Origin: Patescibacteria group bacterium
GTDB lineage: Bacteria > Patescibacteriota > Patescibacteriia > Patescibacteriales > JBAZCA01
Reading direction: 5' to 3'
DNA: 64,000 nucleotides
Assembly (NCBI GenBank): GCA_041661405.1
Contig: JBAZUL010000005.1
Span: forward strand, 3,164-67,163
The notes under the pieces were generated by a model that worked only from the letters and a program-made list of their open reading frames with translations, did no database searches and was not told where the DNA came from. This document shows, piece by piece, positions 33,266 through 42,335 of this stretch (position 1 is its first letter; each line of letters opens with the position of its first letter). The position numbers and the translations under genes were made by a program.

Positions 33266-34294
33266 TCAAGCCTGCCGCCGGTAAGACTCATTCATAATCG
33301 CCCGATAAACTTCCCTGATCAGTTGCTCGTCCAGCTTGAATTTTTTTATTTTGTCCTTAATTATTTCCTCTTCCCTTTTTTTATCAATAACCGGCAGGCC
33401 TTTTTTTCGCTTAATCCGGCCAATGGCTTTTACTTCGGCAAAGCGGTTGCCTAAAAGTCCGAATATCCGGTTGTCAATCTTATTAATCATCCCCCGCCGA
33501 AACCCGAGCTCGTCTTTCGCTCCGGCTTTCCTAATCCGGCTATCCATTAATTCGCAGGCAATCATGAACTTAGCGCGCACGGCAGAAGCGTAGGGATTAT
33601 AATTATGCATGTCGTAGAACAACTGCCAGTTGTCCGAAGTCGTATGCGGGAGGATAGAAAGAAGATCAGTATAGCCGGGAGTAAAAATTTTCTGTTCCCG
33701 CGCTCCGGCGCCGAGTAACGCCCGGCCGACAAAATGGACTAAGCCTAAAGTATAGGCGTTTTGGCGGTCATGATCTTCGGGAGTGGTAATAATAACTTCT
33801 AGTCCCAGGCCAGTTAAAAATTTTCTCGCCATGCTGAGCCGTCGGCTATCAATCCTTATTGGGCATAAGACAATCTGCAGTCCTTTCAATTTCCAGGCTT
33901 GTTTTAAAAAATTGAATTTTGTCGTTACCGGACCGAACTGCGGATGAGTTCCCATGATTAATACATTTTCAGGCAAATATTTCTTAAGCCAGCCGCAAGG
34001 ATAAACTTTAACTGAACAGGTATCAACGATCAAAGCGCCCGGCTTTACGTCTGGCGCGATTTTTTTTATCACCTTTTCGGTCTGCGATATGGGGACAGCG
34101 AGAATTATTAAATCGCAGGCGGCCGCTTCTTTTAAGCTTACTATTCCAGCGCTGATTTTTTTCGCTTTAGCAATATCATCTTTGGAAAACCCGCTGTCAT
34201 AAACCTTAACCTGAGCCTTTCCGGAAAAAACGCTCGCGGCCAACTTTCCAAAACGGCCGAATCCGATAATAGCGACTGTTTTCTTACCGGTCAT
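33266..34294 (-). CDS. tyrA: prephenate dehydrogenase with C-terminal chorismate mutase (AroQ) domain
   Basis: The N-terminus VAIIGFGRFGK is a Rossmann motif within a PDH core. The C-terminal 90 aa (RRGMINKIDNRIFGLLGNRFAEVKAIGRIKRKKGLPVIDKKREEEI) fit the AroQ CM helix pattern. Confidence 0.85.
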   Translation of the reverse strand: MTGKKTVAIIGFGRFGKLAASVFSGKAQVKVYDSGFSKDDIAKAKKISAGIVSLKEAAACDLIILAVPISQTEKVIKKIAPDVKPGALIVDTCSVKVYPCGWLKKYLPENVLIMGTHPQFGPVTTKFNFLKQAWKLKGLQIVLCPIRIDSRRLSMARKFLTGLGLEVIITTPEDHDRQNAYTLGLVHFVGRALLGAGAREQKIFTPGYTDLLSILPHTTSDNWQLFYDMHNYNPYASAVRAKFMIACELMDSRIRKAGAKDELGFRRGMINKIDNRIFGLLGNRFAEVKAIGRIKRKKGLPVIDKKREEEIIKDKIKKFKLDEQLIREVYRAIMNESYRRQA

Positions 34295-34865
34295 AATTAT
34301 TAACCGCCGCGATAAAGGTGGTAAAATTGAATTTCAAATCCTGAATCCCCTCTTCGGAGAGTTCCAATCCGTAAAGTTCAGCGCAGATTTTCGGCGCGAT
34401 AACGGCCGTGGTTTCGGAAATCACTCCGTCGGCTAAATCTTTGGCCGCCGTTGCCGTATCCGGATATTCGTTTAACTCGGCTTCAGGCCATTTTCTTTTT
34501 AAATACATCCGGCATTGTCTTAGCGCCTGCTGGTGCGAAGTGATGGCGTCAATTTTTTTCAGATCCGCGCCTTTTTTTACGAGGAGATTCATCTTTATAT
34601 CAATCTCAAACATTTTTTCAATCTGAAAAACATGGCGAGCCATGGCGTGCACGGCTTCAATGACGATTCCGCCGTTGGAATTTTCTATGGGAAAAATGCC
34701 AATGTTAATTTTCCCCTTATCAAGCGACCGCAAAACGTTTTCCACCGAAGTAAGGTATTCCAGCTCGTAATTTTCCACCTTTTCCAAAGCGCAGTAATGT
34801 TTGGCGGCTTCTTCGGTAAAACTTCCCCGGTTCCCCGAAACGCCGATAATGATTTTTTCCGGCAT
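34284..34865 (-). CDS. pheA: prephenate dehydratase, catalytic PDT domain only (no ACT domain)
   Basis: 193 aa. IIIGVSGNRGSFTEEAA and the TSHQQALRQC region are typical of PDT. The length leaves no room for the regulatory ACT domain. Confidence 0.85.
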   Translation of the reverse strand: MPEKIIIGVSGNRGSFTEEAAKHYCALEKVENYELEYLTSVENVLRSLDKGKINIGIFPIENSNGGIVIEAVHAMARHVFQIEKMFEIDIKMNLLVKKGADLKKIDAITSHQQALRQCRMYLKRKWPEAELNEYPDTATAAKDLADGVISETTAVIAPKICAELYGLELSEEGIQDLKFNFTTFIAAVNNYDR

Positions 34866-34894
34866 ATTATTAAAGTTATTATTAATCTGTCTTT

Positions 34895-34923
34895 AGCTTA
34901 CCTATATTAAGCAAATTTTTCAA
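34895..34923 (-). promoter_or_regulatory. possible pheA-tyrA promoter
   Basis: On the minus strand, TTGAAA (34923-34918), a 17-nt spacer and TAAGCT (34900-34895). The -10 is weak. Confidence 0.3.
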
Positions 34924-34947
34924 CCCTCGGCCGAATTCCGCAATCCC

Positions 34948-34976
34948 TTGACACGTCTTTTGAAAATGTGTATTAT
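34948..34976 (+). promoter_or_regulatory. sigma70-like promoter of the aromatic supraoperon
   Basis: TTGACA (34948-34953), an exact 17-nt spacer and TATTAT (34971-34976). Confidence 0.6.
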
Positions 34977-35005
34977 TTAAAAAGTTGCAAAAATACATTT
35001 TTATT

Positions 35006-35086
35006 ATGAAAATCGTCCAATTGTGGTTTAGCTACTTTTACTTTTACTTTACCCTTACTACAAGGCCGGTTTTTTGCATTAGCTAA
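35006..35086 (+). CDS. aromatic-rich leader peptide (26 aa)
   Basis: Own translation gives MKIVQLWFSYFYFYFTLTTRPVFCIS. Eight of nine consecutive codons (W7-F15) are Trp, Phe or Tyr. It is below the ORF-track cutoff. Confidence 0.7.
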   Translation: MKIVQLWFSYFYFYFTLTTRPVFCIS

Positions 35087-35109
35087 CAGCATACATTAAA
35101 AAGATTAAA

Positions 35110-35136
35110 CCCGGCCCAATAGATGGCCGGTTTTTT
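35110..35136 (+). terminator. attenuator terminator downstream of the aromatic leader peptide
   Basis: CCGGCC (35111-35116) pairs with GGCCGG (35125-35130) and is followed by T6 (35131-35136). An identical GGCCGG at 35064-35069 inside the leader ORF can pair with 35111-35116 as an antiterminator. Confidence 0.65.
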
Positions 35137-35163
35137 GTTAATTCGGGACTTCTGTCCTATAAT
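35135..35163 (+). promoter_or_regulatory. possible second (internal) promoter just after the attenuator
   Basis: TTGTTA (35135-35140), a 17-nt spacer and TATAAT (35158-35163), 21 nt before the aroA' ATG. Confidence 0.35.
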
Positions 35164-35184
35164 ACTTCTAAATAGCAAAACCCT

Positions 35185-35979
35185 ATGCCAAGCAAAAAAG
35201 CACTACTGTCAAAAATCATTAACCCGCTATCCGGACGGACGGTTATTGTTCCCATGGATCACGGCGTTACCGACGGACCGATTCCGGGTCTCTTAAAAAT
35301 GGATGAGACCATTAAAAGGGTAAAGGAAGGCGGCGCTGACGCGATTATTATTCATAAAGGCATTTTTAAATTATATAAAGAAGTAATCGGCGATCTCCCG
35401 GCTCTGATCCATATTTCAGCCTCAACCGGCATGGGCGTTTCTTTAAAAAAAGTTTTAGTCGCGACCGCCAAAGAAGTTAAAAATTTAGGCGCGGCCGGAG
35501 TTTCGGTGCATCTAAATATCGGCAACCAATACGAGCCGGAAATGCTTCGCGATCTGGGGATAGTGGCGCGCGAATGCGAAGAAGAGGGTTTACCCCTGCT
35601 CGCCATGATGTACCCGAGAAACATTATTGACGGAAAAATCATCAATTATAACGACGCGGAAAAGGTCGGCCACGCCGCCCGCTTAGCCGCCGAACTGGGT
35701 GCTGATATAGTCAAAGTCCCTTACACCGGCGACGCTAAAAGTTTCGGCGAAGTGGTTCGCGGCTGTCCCATACCGGTTGTAATCGCCGGCGGAGCCAAAG
35801 GATCGGAAGAGGCAATGCTTTCTTCAATCCGGGATTGCGTCCTTGCCGGAGCGGCCGGAGTTTCAGTCGGCCGAAATGTTTTCCAATCCGAAGACGTTTC
35901 CGGCATGGTTAAAAAAGTCCGGGAAGCGGTATATGACGCCGCGGCTGTATCAGCCAACGCTAAAACATCGCGTAATTAA
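35185..35979 (+). CDS. 2-amino-3,7-dideoxy-D-threo-hept-6-ulosonate (ADH) synthase, archaeal-type AroA' (class I aldolase/DhnA family)
   Basis: 264 aa. VIVPMDHGVTDGP, IIHKG, LLAMMYPR, AARLAAELGADIVKVPYTGD, PVVIAGG and GAAGVSVGRNVFQ closely follow my recollection of M. jannaschii MJ0400. It is adjacent to aroB'. Confidence 0.8.
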   Translation: MPSKKALLSKIINPLSGRTVIVPMDHGVTDGPIPGLLKMDETIKRVKEGGADAIIIHKGIFKLYKEVIGDLPALIHISASTGMGVSLKKVLVATAKEVKNLGAAGVSVHLNIGNQYEPEMLRDLGIVARECEEEGLPLLAMMYPRNIIDGKIINYNDAEKVGHAARLAAELGADIVKVPYTGDAKSFGEVVRGCPIPVVIAGGAKGSEEAMLSSIRDCVLAGAAGVSVGRNVFQSEDVSGMVKKVREAVYDAAAVSANAKTSRN

Positions 35980-35992
35980 AATTTAAATTTTT

Positions 35993-37003
35993 ATGTCTAA
36001 AACATTCTGGTATCAGCCCCCGGTCTGGGATAAAAAACTGGTTACCGCGGCCATTGAATCGGGCTTTTCAGCAATCTACGTCCGGCCGGAAGACATAGCC
36101 CGGACTAAAGAGCTGTCTTTAGCCAAAGTCATTTCAACCGTCGCGCCAGCTGATTTTATTATCGGCGAGAATGTTGACGAAGTGATTATTAAAAACAAGG
36201 AATCAGAAAACAGGGCTGTCGCGCATCAGGGGAAAATCCCGGTTATCATCCGCAATGTTGACTGGACCATTATCCCTTTGGAAAATCTCATCTCAAAAAC
36301 TTCCAACCTGATCCAGCATGTCCGGAGTTGTGATGAAGCAAAACTGGCTTTTGAAACTCTGGAAACCGGCTGTGACGGCATACTGCTTGAAACCAGCGAC
36401 TTGAATGAAATAAAAAAAACCGCCGGCCTGATAAAAGACGCCCAAAACGAAAAGTTAAAACTTATCCAGGCTGAAATTACTTCCATAGAACAGCTCGGAT
36501 TGGGCGACCGGGTCGTTGTTGATACTTCTTCTATATTATTTCCCGGCCAGGGCATGCTTATCGGCGACTCTTCCAAAAGTATGTTTTTAGTATATAATGA
36601 AAACGTGGAGACTCCCTACTGCGATCCGCGGCCTTTCCGGGTAAACGCCGGCGGCGCCCACGCCTATATCCGCCTGCCCGGCGACAAAACCAAATATCTT
36701 GGGGAATTAAAAAGCGGCCTGAAAGCCCTTACCGTTGACCGGGAAGGCAATACCGAAGAAGTTATCATCGGCCGGGTAAAGATTGAAAAACGCCCCATGC
36801 TCATTGTCCGGGCCAAAGCCGGAGAACGGGACATGAGCCTTGTCATGCAGAACGCCGAAACCATCCGCCTAACCGGAATTGACGGACAGCCGATTTCAGT
36901 TACTAAATTAAAACCGGGCGACCGGGTGCTCGCCTTCCTGCAGGAAGAAGGCGTCGGAAGGCATTTCGGACAAAAAATTAAAGAGACAATCACTGAGAGG
37001 TAA
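35993..37003 (+). CDS. 3-dehydroquinate synthase II, archaeal-type AroB'
   Basis: 336 aa. The N-terminal W...KK.VTAAIESG pattern and the RPFRVNAGGAHAY motif are characteristic of the DHQS-II (MJ1249-like) family. Confidence 0.85.
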   Translation: MSKTFWYQPPVWDKKLVTAAIESGFSAIYVRPEDIARTKELSLAKVISTVAPADFIIGENVDEVIIKNKESENRAVAHQGKIPVIIRNVDWTIIPLENLISKTSNLIQHVRSCDEAKLAFETLETGCDGILLETSDLNEIKKTAGLIKDAQNEKLKLIQAEITSIEQLGLGDRVVVDTSSILFPGQGMLIGDSSKSMFLVYNENVETPYCDPRPFRVNAGGAHAYIRLPGDKTKYLGELKSGLKALTVDREGNTEEVIIGRVKIEKRPMLIVRAKAGERDMSLVMQNAETIRLTGIDGQPISVTKLKPGDRVLAFLQEEGVGRHFGQKIKETITER

Positions 37004-37026
37004 TACAATTTTTTTCAATAATACAT

Positions 37027-37055
37027 CGCCGCCGTTTGCTTGCTAAACGGCGGCG
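37027..37055 (+). other. perfect 11-bp GC hairpin between aroB' and ask
   Basis: CGCCGCCGTTT (37027-37037) pairs with AAACGGCGGCG (37045-37055). No U-tract follows, so a terminator role is doubtful. Confidence 0.4.
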
Positions 37056-37099
37056 AAAATGATAACTTGGAAAAATAACAGCTTCTAATTCCGTCATAT

Positions 37100-38488
37100 A
37101 TGGCAAAAAACGGAAAAATCATCGTTAATAAATTCGGCGGCGGGATCATGATTGAAAAGCATATCCCCTTTACCGATGAAAGATTAAGAGAGCAGATTAA
37201 AGCTGGCTTCCGGCCTGTTGTTGTCGTTTCGGCTTTAAAAGGCGTCACCGACCGGATCATCCATTTCCTCGCCGGACTGAAACAGGAAGTCTGCCGCAAT
37301 CAGCAAATCGGCGGCAATACCGACAAATATTCCCGCCGGCTGGTAAGCCCTTTTGTCGCCGAATTAAAGGAAGAGCATCTTAGACTTCTGGAACAAGTCG
37401 GAGTCTTAAGGGAAGAGCGGAAAAAAGCCATGGCCGACATGGATAAAATTTTCTTCCGGCTGGAAAATGATTTAAACGCCCTCCTTCATTTCGGATTCTT
37501 AAATGTTTTTGATGATAAGATCTCGGCCTATGGCGAAAAGCTGGCCGGGGTTTTTTTTACCGCCTATCTTAATTCCAAAGGCTTTACGGCCCGGACGATC
37601 ATGGCCGAAGACATTCCGATCATGACCGACGATTGTTTCCGCGACGCTAATATTGATTACAAAGTTTCGGAGAAAAACGCGAGAAAAAAAATCCTGAAAA
37701 CCGAAGGCATCCCGGTCATCCCTGGCTTTACCGGAAAAACCGCCAACGGGAATATAACAACGCTCGGCCGCGGCGGAACCGATACGACCGCCTGCTTTTT
37801 GGGAGCGGCCTTGAGGGCCGACAAGGTGATTCTTTGGAAAGACGTGGACGGCGTATTGTCCGCCGACCCGAAAATCGTTCCCTCCGCCAAAACCGTCCCT
37901 TTTATCAGCTACGCCGAAGCTGAAGAATCCGGTAAAGTCATCCATGATAAAGCTATCCAATATATAAAAATGTTTAAAACTCCGGCCGAAGTGGCGGCCA
38001 TTTCCGATCCAACGAAAAAAACTCTGGTCGGTCCGGCTAAAGATAAAAAGGAAGGCCCGAAAATCGTCAGCTTTAAAAAAGGGCTCTCGCTTCTCATTAT
38101 CACCGACGAAAAAATGAACCAACGCGGCTACCTCGCCCATGTTGCCGGGCTCCTGGCCGCCCGTAGAATAAACCTGGACACGATCAGGAATACCCGCGAT
38201 AAACTACATATTGTCGCCGAAAGCTATAACGGACCGATTGAGGAGGCGATAAAAGATTTAAAAGAAGAAATCGCCAAACTAAAAATCATTCCGGTAAATA
38301 TGGTTATTTTGATCGGCAGTCTTGACTGGAAAATGGTCAACCGCTTTAACGACGTATTAATAAAACTCTGTCCGGACGCGGAACTCGGCGCTTTTCCCTA
38401 CCGGAATTGCGTCCGGCTGGAAGCCATAGTCCGAGCCGAAGACACGGAAAAAATGGTTCGGGCTTTGCATGAGGAATTTATAAAATAA
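37100..38488 (+). CDS. ask: aspartate kinase
   Basis: 462 aa. VNKFGGGIM is a KFGG motif, GRGGTDTTA is present, and there are C-terminal ACT-like repeats. Confidence 0.9.
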   Translation: MAKNGKIIVNKFGGGIMIEKHIPFTDERLREQIKAGFRPVVVVSALKGVTDRIIHFLAGLKQEVCRNQQIGGNTDKYSRRLVSPFVAELKEEHLRLLEQVGVLREERKKAMADMDKIFFRLENDLNALLHFGFLNVFDDKISAYGEKLAGVFFTAYLNSKGFTARTIMAEDIPIMTDDCFRDANIDYKVSEKNARKKILKTEGIPVIPGFTGKTANGNITTLGRGGTDTTACFLGAALRADKVILWKDVDGVLSADPKIVPSAKTVPFISYAEAEESGKVIHDKAIQYIKMFKTPAEVAAISDPTKKTLVGPAKDKKEGPKIVSFKKGLSLLIITDEKMNQRGYLAHVAGLLAARRINLDTIRNTRDKLHIVAESYNGPIEEAIKDLKEEIAKLKIIPVNMVILIGSLDWKMVNRFNDVLIKLCPDAELGAFPYRNCVRLEAIVRAEDTEKMVRALHEEFIK

Positions 38489-38494
38489 AATTTT

Positions 38495-39583
38495 ATGAAA
38501 AAATTCAGAGTCGGCATTCTCGGCGCCACCGGCATGGTCGGCCAAAATTACATAAGACTGCTTAATGGCCACCCTTGGTTTAAAGTTACCTACGTCGCGG
38601 CATCAGCCAATTCGGCCGGAGTAACTTATTTTGATTCCATAATCGGCCGCTGGCAAATGGCGACCGCCGTCCCCAAAGATGTAAGATCTTTGGTTGTCCA
38701 GGATGTCGCTAATATTAAAGAAGCGAAAAAGCATTGCGACTTTGTTTTTTCGGCTTTTGAGATGCCGGACAAAAGCCTGGTTAAGGAAATGGAGGAAAAA
38801 TACGCGGCCGCGGGAATTCCTGTTGTGTCAAACGCCTCGGCCAACCGGTTTACCGATGACGTGCCGATGCTCATCCCGGAAATAAACCCCCATCACATAG
38901 ACATCATCCCGGTTCAGAAAAAAAACCGCGGCTGGAAAAAAGGCTTTATTGTTGTCAAACCCAACTGCAGTCTTCAAAGCTATATTACTCCGGTTTTTGC
39001 CCTCATACAGGCGGGATATCCGGTTGAAAAAATATTTATCACCACCCTGCAGGCAGTATCCGGCGCCGGCTATCCGGGCGTTCCGTCGCTTGACATGATT
39101 GGTAATGTCGTGCCTTTCATTCCGGGCGAAGAAGAAAAGACTGAAGAAGAGCCGCTAAAAATCCTTGGGGAAATAAAAGACGGAATATTCCAAAAAGCCG
39201 CCTCGCCGGCGATTTCCGCCCATTGCAACCGGGTGCCGGTGATTGACGGACATTTAGCCTGCGTCAGCCTGAAATTCGCGGAAAAAAAACCGGCTCGGGA
39301 AAAAATCCTTAAAGTCTGGAAAGAATTCAGAGCCCTGCCGCAGACCTTGAAACTGCCCATGGCGCCGGAACAGCCGATCCTCTACCGCAACGAGCATAAC
39401 CGCCCCCAGCCGAGAAAAGACCGCGACCGGGAAAAAGGCATGGCCGTTACTGTTGGGCGGCTCCGGGAATGTAAAATCTTTGATTACAAATTCGCCGCCT
39501 TAAGCCATAATACGGTTCGCGGCGCCGCCGGCGGAGGAATATTAAACGCGGAACTCTTGGTAAAGAAAGGATACATAAAATGA
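38495..39583 (+). CDS. asd: aspartate-semialdehyde dehydrogenase
   Basis: 362 aa. VGILGATGMVGQ and the active-site region KPNCSLQ are present, with a C-terminal HNTVRGAAG. Confidence 0.9.
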   Translation: MKKFRVGILGATGMVGQNYIRLLNGHPWFKVTYVAASANSAGVTYFDSIIGRWQMATAVPKDVRSLVVQDVANIKEAKKHCDFVFSAFEMPDKSLVKEMEEKYAAAGIPVVSNASANRFTDDVPMLIPEINPHHIDIIPVQKKNRGWKKGFIVVKPNCSLQSYITPVFALIQAGYPVEKIFITTLQAVSGAGYPGVPSLDMIGNVVPFIPGEEEKTEEEPLKILGEIKDGIFQKAASPAISAHCNRVPVIDGHLACVSLKFAEKKPAREKILKVWKEFRALPQTLKLPMAPEQPILYRNEHNRPQPRKDRDREKGMAVTVGRLRECKIFDYKFAALSHNTVRGAAGGGILNAELLVKKGYIK

Positions 39584-39652
39584 ATTTTTGATTTTTGATT
39601 GCCGATTTTTGGATATAAATTTTTCCAAAATCAAAAATTGAAAATCAAAAAT
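39584..39652. repeat. AT-rich imperfect palindrome built from TTTTTGA heptamers (asd-aroA spacer)
   Basis: TTTTTGATTTTTGATT...AATCAAAAATTGAAAATCAAAAA arms lie around the loop TATAAATTT. Confidence 0.7.
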
Positions 39653-39668
39653 CTTTCTCTGAAAAATT

Positions 39669-40967
39669 ATGTGTTCTTACCAAGTCCATATTTTAAAACG
39701 TCCAATAAAAAAAATAATAACTCTGCCCGGTTCCAAGAGTTTTACCAACCGCGCTCTCATCATGGCCGCATTGGCGGACGGGCGTTCCGCGCTAACTGGC
39801 GCCTCTCTATCGGATGACAGCCGGGCAATGATTTCTGCTTTGAAAAAGATTGGAATTAGAATTACCAATTCCGGAAAAAATATTACGGTTTACGGAGAAG
39901 GCGGCCGATTCCGGTTATTCAACGGAAAAATAAATGTTGGCGCGGCCGGAACCGCCGCCCGTTTTCTTCTCTCATTATGCGCCCTGGTTCCCGGAGAAAT
40001 TATTCTTGACGGCTCGGAGCGGATGAGGCAAAGGCCGATTAACGAACTGGTGAGCGCCCTGCGTAAAATCGGAGCAAAGATCCAGTACCAAAAAAAGGCC
40101 GGTTGTCTGCCGGTTAAAATCAGGGGCGAAAACTTAACCGGCAGAAAAGTAAAAATGCCGGGAAAAATATCAAGCCAATTTTTAACTTCCCTTCTTTTAA
40201 TCTCCCCGTTTTTAAAAAACGGGATTGAAATAAGCGTAATCGGCAGACAAATTTCCCGATCATACATTGATATGACTTTAGCCGGTTTAATGGAGCATGG
40301 AATTAAAGTAAAAAACCATAATTATAAAAAATACGAGATTAAGCCGGGCGCCCGCTATAAACCGGGAAAATACGAAATTGAAAGCGACGCTTCAGGCGCG
40401 AGTTATTTTTTCGCTTTAGCCGCTTTAACCGGCTCCGCGATCCGGGTAAAAAATATCTCTCCTGATTCATCCCAGGGCGACGTAAAATTCTGCGACTTGC
40501 TCCGAAGAATGGGATGCGAAGTTAAAAAAAACGCGCGCCAAAAATGGATTGAAGTCCGGGGGAAAAAACAATTGCGCGCTATAACCGCGGACATGGAAAA
40601 TATGCCGGACACGGCGCAGACTCTCGCCGTTGTCGCCGCCTTTGCCAAAGGTAAAACCAAAATCACCAGACTCTCCACGTTAAGGCACAAAGAAACCGAC
40701 CGGCTAATAGCTTTGAAAACCGAACTTTCTAAAATGGGCATAAAATCGCAAACCACGAAGGATTCCATAGTTATAGCAGGCGGCCAGCCGCGCGGAGCGA
40801 AAATTAAAACCTACGATGATCACCGCATGGCCATGGCTTTCGCCGTTGCCGGAGCGCGGATTCCGGATGTAATCATTGAAAACCCGGGCGTTGTTTCAAA
40901 GTCGTTTCCGGAGTTTTGGAAAATGCTGAAGAAGGCGGGCGTTAAAATAACCAATAAAAACAAATGA
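39669..40967 (+). CDS. aroA: 3-phosphoshikimate 1-carboxyvinyltransferase (EPSP synthase)
   Basis: 432 aa. LPGSKSFTNRALIMAAL, the LGNAGTA-like VGAAGTAARF, and the RHKETDR and DHRMAMAF motifs are present. Confidence 0.95.
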   Translation: MCSYQVHILKRPIKKIITLPGSKSFTNRALIMAALADGRSALTGASLSDDSRAMISALKKIGIRITNSGKNITVYGEGGRFRLFNGKINVGAAGTAARFLLSLCALVPGEIILDGSERMRQRPINELVSALRKIGAKIQYQKKAGCLPVKIRGENLTGRKVKMPGKISSQFLTSLLLISPFLKNGIEISVIGRQISRSYIDMTLAGLMEHGIKVKNHNYKKYEIKPGARYKPGKYEIESDASGASYFFALAALTGSAIRVKNISPDSSQGDVKFCDLLRRMGCEVKKNARQKWIEVRGKKQLRAITADMENMPDTAQTLAVVAAFAKGKTKITRLSTLRHKETDRLIALKTELSKMGIKSQTTKDSIVIAGGQPRGAKIKTYDDHRMAMAFAVAGARIPDVIIENPGVVSKSFPEFWKMLKKAGVKITNKNK

Positions 40968-42301
40968 ACATAGTTCTGATCGGCTTCATGGGTTCGGGAA
41001 AAACCAGCGTCGCGAAAATCCTGGCTAAAAGACTCGGGCGTGAAGCTATTGAAATGGACGATCTGATTTTAAAAAAGAGCCGGAGAAAAAGCATAAACGA
41101 AATCTTTGAAAAAGACGGCGAAAAAATGTTTAGGTCGCTGGAAGCGCGCGCGGCCAAAGAATTGTCTTTCGCGGATAATAAAATTATTTCCACGGGCGGC
41201 GGAATTGTCATGAATAAAAAAAACATGGCGAGCCTGAAAAAAAACGGCAAAATAATTTATTTAAAAGACAGCTTTGAAAGAATTAAACAAAGGCTTAAAA
41301 AAGACCAGACCCGTCCGCTCATGGTCAGCCGGGAAAAAGCCAAAACTCTTTTTCAAAAAAGACAGCCCCTGTATTCGCGATACGCCGATGAAATCATTGA
41401 CTGCGTCCGCGATTCTGATCTTAATCATATCAGCCGGGAAATCATTAAGCAATTAAAAACTGATATTAAAATAACTTGCTTAAGCATCGGCGACCCGATA
41501 AGACAATCGCTTTCGCCGGCCATGCATAACGCCGGCTACCGGGCTTTAAAAATCGATCATCTTTATATTTACCTCTCGGCCAGGGTTCGTCCCAAGGAAC
41601 TGAAAAACACCGTAAAAGCCTTTCGATCGCTTGGGATCCGCGGCGTATCAGTAACTATTCCGCACAAAATTGAGGTAATGAAATATTTGGATAAAATTGA
41701 CAAAATTGCCAAAGCTATCGGGGCGGTAAATACGATCGTGAATGACAACGGACGGTTAACCGGATATAATACCGACTGGCTCGGAGCGATAATTCCCCTG
41801 GAAAAAGCCGCCGGGAAAAAAGGTCTTAAAAATAAAAAGACGGCTATTATCGGCGCCGGGGGAGCGGCTCGGGCTATCGCCTACGGCGTTGCGAAAAAAG
41901 GCGCCAAGCTAAAAATCTTCGCCCGCGATTTGGTCAAGGCAAAAAAACTCGCCCGCGAATTTAAGGCTGAATCCGGCGATTTTTCGCGCCTCCATGAAGT
42001 AAGAAATTATGATATAATTATAAACGCCACTCCAATCGGCATGGCTCCGCGCGAAAAAGAATCGCCCGTGCCGGAAGAACTATTGCATAAAGGACAAATC
42101 GTTTTTGACGCGGTGCATACGCCTTATAAAACCAAACTTTTAACACAGGCCGAAAAAAAAGGCGCGAAAATTATTCCCGGGGTTGAAATGGTATTATGCC
42201 AGGGCGCGGCCCAGTTTGAATTATATACCGGAAAAAAAGCGCCGGTTAGCGCTATGAAAAAAGCTTTAACCGACTCGCGATTTTTACGCCACTTTTTCTA
42301 A
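40964..42301 (+). CDS. bifunctional shikimate kinase / shikimate 5-dehydrogenase (AroK-AroE fusion)
   Basis: The N-terminal 170 aa carry IVLIGFMGSGKTS and STGGG (AroK). The C-terminal 270 aa carry GDPIRQSLSPAMHNAGY, VTIPHK, GAVNT, GYNTDWLG and GAGGAARA (AroE). Confidence 0.9.
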   Translation: MNIVLIGFMGSGKTSVAKILAKRLGREAIEMDDLILKKSRRKSINEIFEKDGEKMFRSLEARAAKELSFADNKIISTGGGIVMNKKNMASLKKNGKIIYLKDSFERIKQRLKKDQTRPLMVSREKAKTLFQKRQPLYSRYADEIIDCVRDSDLNHISREIIKQLKTDIKITCLSIGDPIRQSLSPAMHNAGYRALKIDHLYIYLSARVRPKELKNTVKAFRSLGIRGVSVTIPHKIEVMKYLDKIDKIAKAIGAVNTIVNDNGRLTGYNTDWLGAIIPLEKAAGKKGLKNKKTAIIGAGGAARAIAYGVAKKGAKLKIFARDLVKAKKLAREFKAESGDFSRLHEVRNYDIIINATPIGMAPREKESPVPEELLHKGQIVFDAVHTPYKTKLLTQAEKKGAKIIPGVEMVLCQGAAQFELYTGKKAPVSAMKKALTDSRFLRHFF

Positions 42302-42335
42302 AAAAGTAGCAAAGTGCAAACTAATAAATACTCCT

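Noticed and set aside
37027-37055. Lysine riboswitch or terminator upstream of aspartate kinase
   Set aside because: The intergenic region is only 96 nt, too short for an L-box. The perfect hairpin is not followed by a U-tract. It is recorded only as a hairpin.
37499-38140. 213-aa minus-strand ORF inside the aspartate kinase gene
   Set aside because: It is antisense to a gene with clear family motifs, and its translation has no recognisable features.
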